A DNA stretch of 64,000 nucleotides from Epithemia pelagica. Lineage: Eukaryota > Protista > Bacillariophyta. A program made the position numbers and the translations under genes. The stretch lies in the NCBI GenBank assembly GCA_946965045.2, contig OX337228.1, positions 4,960,001 to 5,024,000 of the forward strand, read 5' to 3'. Below, in pieces: positions 55,268-64,000 of the stretch. The notes beneath the pieces are model-generated. The model made no database searches and was not told the origin of the DNA. It saw nothing but the letters and a program-made list of their open reading frames with translations. The first letter of the stretch is position 1; each line of letters opens with the position of its first letter.

Positions 55268-57721
55268 ATGATGGTGCCCAGGTATGGATCATTGATGATC
55301 CTCGTCGCTGTTGGTCATTTAGGACCAGTTCTCGGCTATGCCGCCTTAAATGCTCGCCATGGAGCAGGAAACCAAGCTCTTCGTATTCTCAATAACCACG
55401 AAGTGGCAACTGAAGAGGCGCTATACAGCACTTTCGGTGCACATCATAATGCCCCATTTGAGGAAGCTGCAGTATACGACGAACTGGAAAACGACCATTT
55501 TGATCACGACTCGTCGCCTCATCACTCCGGAATCCGGGGATACGTCAAACACATCAATAGTGAAGGATACATTGCTTCATCAACATCACCCGATAGCGAG
55601 TCAGAAAAGGGTCCGGGCAAAGGCGAATCGAAGCAATCGCCGGAGATGTCGGCTGAAAATATCGAGAACGTCTCTCAAGAAACGATCACTCAATCAGTGG
55701 AGATCGGCGTTCCAACAGTATCACCGGCTGTACATAGCAATGCTGTATCTGCGGCTCCTACAGTCCGCCAGGGCGAATCGGCAGGAGCCCAACCTTTCGC
55801 GACAATGGGTTCCAACAACGGCGGTGAGGGACCAAGTAGCAATGAGATAGAAGATCTTCCTCTCCCAGGTAGGTTAAACCACTGCAAGTACTCGACGAAC
55901 GAACCAGGAATGCTTACCATGATTGCCCTTTCCATATGTTTCGTAAAAGATCCGGTAAAACTCCCTCTCATTGCGTTTCAATACTACACCACTGCGACGT
56001 GGAACTTACCAGATCGAGACGAGATAGAACTTCATGAAGTGACTCAAACACTGTTTAAGGCAATACTCAAACAAGAATTCGGAGACAGTATTGAGGTCGA
56101 TATCATATCGTATGGCAAGCTTGCCCCTCGAGTATTCAATTTCGTTGTAGTTGCCTATTTCAACAACTCCGATGACATTCCGCCTCTCGGAGAAATGGAG
56201 AACAAATTTGCTTCTCTTCTTCATGACGGAGAGCCATTTAACACAAGATATTTGGAAATGCTTAAACACATGGACTCTACAATCTTTGAAACGTCATTCT
56301 CAGTCCGGTTTATCAATAATCAACATGACTTGGACAAAGCTATCCAAGGAGAAATACTGGAGGACCCAGACGAAGACGATGATGGTCATGACCATCATCG
56401 TTTATTCATTCTACTTCTGGTCGTTGCCGCTCTGGTTCTCCTTCTAGTCTTCTTTTCGATTTACTGGTATTGCCGAAATCGTCGATCTCGAACTGCTCCC
56501 TATCTTGAAGACTTCGACAGCAGAGATTTTGAAACATCCAAAGACAAAACCAGTAAGAAAGAGTCCTCGTATAGCACTGCCAATTTCTCGAAGGACGGTA
56601 TTGGAAAACGAACTCGTCTCGCTTCAATTTCACTCGAAGCCCATAACTCGGATGGAACATTGAGTACAACGAATAACCACGACTTGGAGGAGGTTCCGTT
56701 GTTTGATGAGAAGCCCCACGAAACTCCAACGCTCAACAGTGGAAAGAAAAAACAACGCCAAGTGGTTTCCAGCGGCAAACCACCCAGACATCCTTCCAGC
56801 GCCAAGAACGTAGTTTCAACTTTCGAGACCGAGCTTTTCAAAAATCAGCAAAGCTCTGGCTATGGACCTCAAATCCCACAAAGGATGACACGCTCTACAA
56901 CTTCTCACGATCAGTCCAGAACCGACGACTTCAGTAGTTCTAGTTCTCTGTCCGAGTCACGGGCAAGTCTGTTTGATTCTGACTCAAATGTCCCATTGTC
57001 ATCGTCGCGTTCTAGTCTTCATGATTCAGACTCCGCTGTAACACCAAGTCACCCGTTCACAACCAGCGGCAATGAGTCCGTGGGAGCCAATCAAGTAATA
57101 TCTCCAACATCGGCCCAAATTCAGGACATAGCTGATGAAATGGATGACGAAGATTTTGATTCTCTTCCTAGCGTGAAGGAACGTATGGCCATGTTGAAAG
57201 CCAACCTCAGTCAGAGCACTGGTGATGAGCAAAGTAACTCAGGCGTCAGTGCAAGATCAAGATTGCATCTTCCCAAGGTGGTGGACGTTCAAGAAAAAAT
57301 ACAAGGAAAGAGACGTGAGTGTTCACAAGCACCTGCCGTAGACGCCGGAGCTGAAGCTGTTGAGAAGCCCTCTCCACCTCCAAAGATTGAGTTCTCCAAC
57401 ACAGAACCAATTGAGCACCAAAATATAGCAGCTCCGAATCGCCATACTGCCCCCGACCCTGGTGCTAAGGCGGAAGACCCTTGGAATTCTCGTGGGAGAT
57501 CTGAAATCCAAGAGAAACCCTATGAAGTACCATTGCCAGAGAGTGGTTCAGAAAGCAAAGATTTGAATGCCCATCCGCAATATCCACTGAGGACTTCCAG
57601 ACCGGGATCACCAGCAATGGGATTCGCCGCGTCCGCACCTGCACCGGAAGCTGAGCCTTCCACAATGCCTGAATGGATGCGAAAATTTCATGAAATGGGA
57701 TTAGCGAAAGCTGATAGCTAG
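55268..57721 (+). CDS. Type I membrane protein: signal peptide, His/Asp-rich and Pro/Thr/Ser-rich ectodomain, SEA-like domain, TM, long disordered tail
   Basis: Signal-like MMVPRYGSLMILVAVGHLGPVLG and TM LFILLLVVAALVLLLVFFSIYWYC followed by RNRRSR. A probable in-frame 81-nt intron lies at 55869-55949. Confidence 0.75.
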   Translation: MMVPRYGSLMILVAVGHLGPVLGYAALNARHGAGNQALRILNNHEVATEEALYSTFGAHHNAPFEEAAVYDELENDHFDHDSSPHHSGIRGYVKHINSEGYIASSTSPDSESEKGPGKGESKQSPEMSAENIENVSQETITQSVEIGVPTVSPAVHSNAVSAAPTVRQGESAGAQPFATMGSNNGGEGPSSNEIEDLPLPGRLNHCKYSTNEPGMLTMIALSICFVKDPVKLPLIAFQYYTTATWNLPDRDEIELHEVTQTLFKAILKQEFGDSIEVDIISYGKLAPRVFNFVVVAYFNNSDDIPPLGEMENKFASLLHDGEPFNTRYLEMLKHMDSTIFETSFSVRFINNQHDLDKAIQGEILEDPDEDDDGHDHHRLFILLLVVAALVLLLVFFSIYWYCRNRRSRTAPYLEDFDSRDFETSKDKTSKKESSYSTANFSKDGIGKRTRLASISLEAHNSDGTLSTTNNHDLEEVPLFDEKPHETPTLNSGKKKQRQVVSSGKPPRHPSSAKNVVSTFETELFKNQQSSGYGPQIPQRMTRSTTSHDQSRTDDFSSSSSLSESRASLFDSDSNVPLSSSRSSLHDSDSAVTPSHPFTTSGNESVGANQVISPTSAQIQDIADEMDDEDFDSLPSVKERMAMLKANLSQSTGDEQSNSGVSARSRLHLPKVVDVQEKIQGKRRECSQAPAVDAGAEAVEKPSPPPKIEFSNTEPIEHQNIAAPNRHTAPDPGAKAEDPWNSRGRSEIQEKPYEVPLPESGSESKDLNAHPQYPLRTSRPGSPAMGFAASAPAPEAEPSTMPEWMRKFHEMGLAKADS

Positions 57722-57949
57722 GAAGTGGGCTAGGTCGTCGAGCTTCCAGCTGCATCCGAAGAACCTGTCTTCGACAATGCCAGAATAGATGCGACGTTTC
57801 CTGAAATGGGGAGTTGCGAGACCTTATTATTATACTCGATGTTAAAACCCTACATGTACATCGCCGAAGAAGTATGTGGTTACTGACACACGGATGTCAC
57901 AGAATCAAAGTTAGTAAGAGAAAATGTTTAGACATAGTTTTACGTTCCA

Positions 57950-58909
57950 CTAGTCCTCTCCAATCATCTTAGCAGACTCCCCGAACAAGAGAGTGTCTGG
58001 TTCAAGAGGCATGCACAGCATCATCATGAGACTGGTGAAAAAGACAATAAACAAACCAACTGCGGTCCACAAGACGACATTGAAATACTGGATCTGAAAC
58101 ATGCTCTTGTACGGAGTGACCCATTCTCCGTAGGAATTGTAGTAACCATAACCATAGTATCCAGCAAACATCTGAGCGAAGGGATTCTCGTCCTCAGCCC
58201 CATTGTTGCCTCCGTCTTGGTTGTCGTAGTAACTTTTCTTTTGTAGGAAATAATATTTTCCTTGTTGGCCTTGTTCTTGTTGTTGCTGTTGATCCTCCAG
58301 TCGGCGCCGAGTAGCTGAAGACTCTTCTTCGACTACCAGATACACGACAACAGTCTTGCCTTCATCTTTCAACTTCTTGTCCATCTCACGAACCATCGAT
58401 CCAACATCTTTATCCACACTATCCGCTGCTGTAGAGTCTCCCACAGTCATCTTGACTCCAGTGAGAGATGATCTCTCAGCGGCCTTTTCTACGGATTCCG
58501 GCAGCGCCCCGGTCACTTCTTCCCCGGTCTTGGCTTTCGATACGAGCGTATCGCAGTGAGAGCCGCTAGTCTCCATTTGACCAACAACATAGCTGTTTTC
58601 GTTCTCAAAGAGATCCGCAATGGAAGGCATCAGTTCCATGTTAACTGCGTTTCCCGACAAACCGACTATCACCCCGGCATCAGCCTTCTTAAAAAGATCG
58701 GGTACAACCGGCATACCAGCATGTTGGTTCGTGCGGACACCATGCATGGACTTGAGGAAGGAACTCACCCCCTCAACCGATGCAGCTCTTGATTTCGAAG
58801 ATATCCGGCGAACGGAGCCACCTACCCCTAATTCAATCACAGCGATCCTGGTGGAAGCGTCAACCACACTTGTAAGGGTGAGAAGGAGAGAGAGAGCAAC
58901 CTTCATCAT
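57950..58909 (-). CDS. ATP6AP2/(pro)renin-receptor-like V-ATPase accessory protein
   Basis: Signal peptide, a basic site TRRRLE, and a C-terminal segment QYFNVVLWTAVGL...MMMLCMPLEPDTLLF resembling the ATP6AP2 TM plus short tail. Confidence 0.6.
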   Translation of the reverse strand: MMKVALSLLLTLTSVVDASTRIAVIELGVGGSVRRISSKSRAASVEGVSSFLKSMHGVRTNQHAGMPVVPDLFKKADAGVIVGLSGNAVNMELMPSIADLFENENSYVVGQMETSGSHCDTLVSKAKTGEEVTGALPESVEKAAERSSLTGVKMTVGDSTAADSVDKDVGSMVREMDKKLKDEGKTVVVYLVVEEESSATRRRLEDQQQQQEQGQQGKYYFLQKKSYYDNQDGGNNGAEDENPFAQMFAGYYGYGYYNSYGEWVTPYKSMFQIQYFNVVLWTAVGLFIVFFTSLMMMLCMPLEPDTLLFGESAKMIGED

Positions 58910-60539
58910 GGTGAACTAATATCGATTACGGATATGTGCAACGCTCTTCTCAAGAAAAAAATTGTACTGCACGCCTGCACTGCCGTGCACTACAGACTAC
59001 AGATCCAATCAGTCTCCTTCTCCTTCCTCCCCGGCATTGGCGAACGCATGTCATTTCAGGCGCGCGTTTTACAATTAGACTCACAGTGGGAGCAACTGAT
59101 TCAATAATAGTACAGACGATGGATTTCGCGTTTGCGTTCTTGAGTTTTGGGGGCTCGCTGGACAGACCCAAAATCATAAATCATCATCAGAAATAATCAC
59201 CCAATCGTACATTATTTGTGCCTCTACTCCTAGAGGGATTTTAGGAGTGTTTGCAATAGTGTTCCTCTAGCTAGTAGGAGTCCATGTACATTGCCGAATG
59301 CCACTCTCAGAAGTCCAATCCGTAGAATGCGGTTCATGTTCATTCCATAACTCGTTGGCTTCTCGTCCCCTCTAGAGTAGTTTGTTGCCCAGATTCAAAA
59401 TTTGGGCTCTCGAGATTCCTTTGTCTCGCTATCAACATAGGTACGTTTATCAGCCCGATACAAGTGCTATTTCCCTCTTTTCGCACCATGACAGGTCCGA
59501 TGATCGATGTTATATGTACCCCTATTCAGTGTCACTCAAGAGTAAATTTGAAATAAAACACTCTTCTATAGCACACCAACCCCTGCATGGCAGCATCTAC
59601 CTAAAATGCAAAAGAATCCTTTCGTACTTGATTGTCCTCGTGATGCCACGAGAACAGCTTTCATTGGCTACGCCTCGATCGTCCCTCCATTTTTCTTCAC
59701 AAACCACCTTACCAAGGACCGTTTGGCTCTCGCCGGTTTCCCCTCGTTTAAAGTTCAATCCGTTTAGGCATTAGAATCGGTTTCAAACCAACTTCTGCGG
59801 AGGCACCTCTTGTCGTTGTCGTACTGTACAACGATCCTGCTCTCGGAACACGATTTGGCTCGGGCCTTTTCATATCCTGTTGTTAAAGTGACAGAAACGC
59901 CCGGGTGAGTGGGAGGTACTTGCAAGAAAAAAGGTCAATCGAACACAACGACGACTTCATCATTCATCATACCTTTCTCTCTGGGGAACCGTGCGGGCTC
60001 TCCAGCATCATTTCGTCAAGGGCAGACAACCGACCTGCGATATCGTGACTATAGTCTGCTTGATCCATTGTTCTTGATTGAAGTTTCAAGGAGGTGGATT
60101 CAATCCATACACGAAGAAGAAGATAATAATACGACTGCGTTGAACGAATTCTGTTGCGGCTGTGAAGGTAGAGAATCTCAAGGAGCTGGCGATGTGGTCT
60201 CTGGTTGTGTTGACGAGGCGAGATTGGAGATTCATGCGAGCCAGCCTGCAGATATGAAGAAGCAAGGCATAAATAAGGGCATTGTCCATCTATGATTTCT
60301 TTCCGTATGAGACACGGACGACGACACCCTTCTTGTGACTGTGACCATTCCCAGTTCCCAGACTAGAGGGCCTACTATTAAAAGGTTACTAGGAGTAGGA
60401 GTATGTACTCCTATGTACTTCCGATGAGCTACTCCTACTACTCCTAATACTCCTCTAGAAGCATGGAGGCATCATCATCATATTACCATCTCTGGAAATC
60501 AATAAACTTGCATAATATACTCTCTTCTATCTTTGATTT

Positions 60540-63500
60540 TTAAAATTTCTGCAACGTCATGGTGCTCATGAATTGCTGGTAGAGCCGTCCTGAAGAGAAC
60601 ATCGACGAGATGGCAGCGAATGTCTCGTCGATGTTTTCCATTGTCAACTCGACAAAGAAAGATCCCTTCGAGACACTGCACATTGTTTTACACTCCTCGA
60701 TGTGCTCTGGTTCCACATCAACCCCCAAGATGATCAAGTGAACATTGCTCTCATTTTCCCTGTTCATGCGTGCTATCTGCCACTTAATTGACTGGTATGG
60801 GCCGGAATCCCAAGAATATCCATCAGTAAAAAGTAGGACATAAGTATCAACCTCTTGGGACACCGACGAATCCAGAACAACCTGCATCGCGAAGGGCAGA
60901 GCGGAGCATACCCTTTCGCTGGTAGATTTCGTTGCAAGATCCAAAACGTTCTTTTGTTTGTCTTTGAACTCTCCTTTCGGACACAACTCAAGGGTCTGGT
61001 CGCCTTTAACAGTGTAGGCTACGACGGCGACACAGTCCTCATCTGTCACGTGGTTCTCAAAAAGGTTCAAACATTTTGAGTTGATCAGAGGGAACACTCC
61101 ATCACTTTCCAAACGCTCGTTCAATTCAAGTGCGAATATCACACACTTCCCTAAAACCAACGTTGGGCCTCGACACGTTCTTGACATTCTCCTCAATGTA
61201 GAACTCACAGAGGAGAGAGTCTGTGATGACCAACCATGCCCATCGTCGCTTTGTGTGAAATTCAAAAGTGCCGTCGAGGCGAGCCCAAAAGGCCCTTCCA
61301 ACAAGAATTCATCCTCTGTGAACATTCTCATCGCAAGTCGGGCAGCCTCGGATCGGTTCCCCTTGCAGCCATTAAGTCTAATGGCAGCTCCTTCAAGCTC
61401 CTGGAGTCGACCAACTCTACTTACACAGTCAAAGAGAGGCGCTGATACTTCGTGCCACGCAGCAAACAAAAGCTCATCAGCTTCGTCCACCAGTCTAGCC
61501 GGATCCCATATGCTAGCAACGCCTGTGTCACCGAAATGAGCACAAAGACCGTGAATTCTTCGAAGCATTCTGCTGAAGCATTCATCGGAGAACTGAAGCA
61601 ACAACTTGTTCTCTATGAAATATTCCTTGACATCATAGTCCAAGTCTCGTGCCCTCTTGATGTCCTCCAGGCCCCTTTCTCTTGCATTTGCTGGAGCGTC
61701 TGACTCTCTTGCAAAGAAAAGGAGGAAGAGCCCACGATTGAACAACCGGTCGGCTAGCTCACGTGCGAAAGCAGATTTCGCCGAGAAACTATCTGCCTTG
61801 TCAAACTCAGTTTGGCTTATCGAGACTGCCTCGTCAAAAAGCCGAGTAGCAAAGTCGCCATATCCATGAGTGAGGGACCCGTCCGTTTGTGTCCCTAGTT
61901 CAAGGATTCGCGCTAGTACTATATTTCCCAGGTTGTTGCATGCTATTCCTATAGCTTTCCGGTCGTTGATCTTCCGGAACAATTGGATCGCATCACTGAC
62001 TATCTGGCTTGCCCAGACTAGATTTCCTGAGTAAAAGGCCGCGTTTGCAATCCTCACAATCTTGTAGAGCTTCGAAAACGAGTTATAGACTTGATGGGTT
62101 TCACGAGAGCCGCCCCGAAGTGGCGGTATGTCTCGTTTTCCCTCAATGGAGTTGATGTTCCGAACGGCTCTTAGAAGCGTAATCATTGGTCGGGTTACAT
62201 GAATTGTCACCTACACCATAAAAGGAAGAAAACTTAGAGATGCCAAAGTTTCCAAACCCAATATATGGAGTCATCCTTACCTTGCACACAACAAACAAGA
62301 AAACAATCGAAAGAACAAGAATTATGACTGCGTCAATAATGGCTAACCGATCAAGGTCACCATACATCGTTTCTTCGACCTCTTCGAATGACCGCCGAAT
62401 ATCTCGGGCGAAGTTGACGATTGCTACCGAATACATGGTTTCTGTTCTTGTCGTGACTCCCATGTCGAGACGACTTGGGTCTAATGATGCGAGTATAGTT
62501 TGGTTAACAGCAGCATATGCAGCCACCAATTCCTCCTCTTCTCCGTCCTTCGTTTGTCTGGTGAATGTTGCCAAGCCATGTTGGCCTGCCTTCATCGACG
62601 CTAGGACGCCCTTCTCAAATCCATCCTTGTCCTGGGGACGATTGCCGTGATTCTCGAATAACTCATCCGTGATTTTCGAAGAATTCCATGTCTTTGATTT
62701 ATTCGTTCCCACAACAACATCGCCTTCGTATATATCAATGCCAGGTGTTACAAGAAACGATATGGGAAAACTCAGAGAATGGAATGCTTCTTCAAGCAGT
62801 TTGTGTGGATAGTCTAAGAGCATCACTCCCACAAAATCACCATCAATGGGGTTAACAACAGGAGTTGCGATGCTCAACCCCACTGGACCTGACGGGCCAA
62901 ACAAGTATGGTGCTGTCATGTGTAACGTGCTTGATTTTCGTGTTGTACTATACCAATCACGGCAACGTGGGTCGAACCCGTATTTTCCTTCGGGACAAAG
63001 CTCCGGTGCGATCAAAAATGCTTTATTTCCTTCGTCGGAAACAAAGAAAGAAGTGGTTGAATGAACATGGGAGCAACCAGTGAACCCACTAAACATTCCA
63101 TCTGCTTCAAATCCAATGAAACTTCCAAGTATTTGCCTCTCATATCCAGCGGCATTGCGGTAATTAAAAAGAGGAAACTCAACGACAGCCAGAGCGGATG
63201 AAACCCGAAGTCGGTCGTAAGTTGTCTCGAACCCTGCGGCGTTTGCACCCTTTTCCGCCCCAGGTAGTTCAGATGCATTATAATTCCAGATCGTTTCTTC
63301 AGGTGAGGCAGGGAAACTGGTGACATTTAGACGACCCCCTGTGAGGGGATCCATATCTAGTTCCAACACTGAGTAGAATCTCGCTTGCCTACGGCGTGAT
63401 TCGTGTCGGTCAAACTCTTCGGTGCAAGACCTGATGGGCTCAAAGGTATCGTCCCAATCACATGGACATTGATACGCGTCAGATAACAAAAGGTCACACT

Positions 63501-64000
63501 TGTAAATATCGGACGATTTGCATTCGTCTGATGCAGTCTGGAGTTCAGTGAACGAATCGGCTCTAGGAACTGCACCAAAATGGAGCCAGGAAGCCATGCG
63601 CGCGATCCAGTACAGATCGCGCCCCGGAGAAGCTAGAATCATACCGACCAATGTTGCCTTCGACATCACAATCGATTCATAGGCTTGCATCTCAAGGTCA
63701 TACGAAACCTGGTTTAAATCGTCAACCCACGCTGGAACGGTATCGATCATTGCTTGAGTGACGATAGCTGTAATGATAGTATTTGTCACCAAGAGTGGAA
63801 TGACAATAAGCAACACAATCCAGCAAAACAGGCGAGAGCGATAGACTTCCCTCCCGCCTTCGAGATCTTTAGGTCCTTCTTCGGGTAAACTAGCAACAAC
63901 TGGCCCTACATGTTTCTTTGGAGGTGCAGGAAACACTGTGTTTGAGAATGCCTTCAAAGCCTTCTGTTCATTAACTGTGGTAGAAACAGGTTGATCAGGC
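60540..64000 (-). CDS. Receptor-like membrane protein TM-dCache-TM-HAMP-TPR-vWA (5' end beyond the window)
   Basis: The frame is open from the window edge to a donor at 62280; intron 62211-62280; last exon 60540-62210. dCache FDPRCRDWY...TAPY...SIATPVV...GDFVGVMLLD, HAMP VTRPMITLLRAVRNI...RETHQVYNSF, TPR IACNNLGN, vWA ...LLFTDG...LIILGV. Confidence 0.85.

Overview
Gene-dense eukaryotic DNA with short GT-AG introns (mostly 63-95 nt). It is most likely from a pennate diatom; this is inferred from two diatom-type HSFs, a PAS-only protein, a standalone SPX, the targeting peptides and the CA-rich 5' leaders. About 30 protein-coding genes can be modelled, and for the spliced genes the inferred exons join in frame. 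Recognisable families: DHHC PAT, SPX, tandem CCCH, ankyrin, cyclin K/T, TPI, ZnT9-like CDF, RSL1D1, F-box/SEL1, HSF x2, RING-H2, EHD, Vps34, SLC35A, mitochondrial carrier, SET, Gemin2, PIG-C, FIT-like, DusA and ATP6AP2-like. I found no rRNA, tRNA or CRISPR array. The best leads are: (1) a METTL13-type eEF1A methyltransferase fused to an eEF1B-type domain; (2) a TM-dCache-TM-HAMP-TPR-vWA receptor with most of the amino-acid-binding motif; (3) an F-box/cytochrome b5 fusion that keeps both haem-ligand His residues; (4) a TPI with a hidden 11-nt first exon and an N-terminal membrane anchor; (5) an almost wholly intergenic TAGGAGTA motif (about 30 copies, several palindromic); (6) a nest of non-autonomous TIR elements at 49.1-50.9 kb. 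All family calls come from motif recognition by eye; no searches were run.
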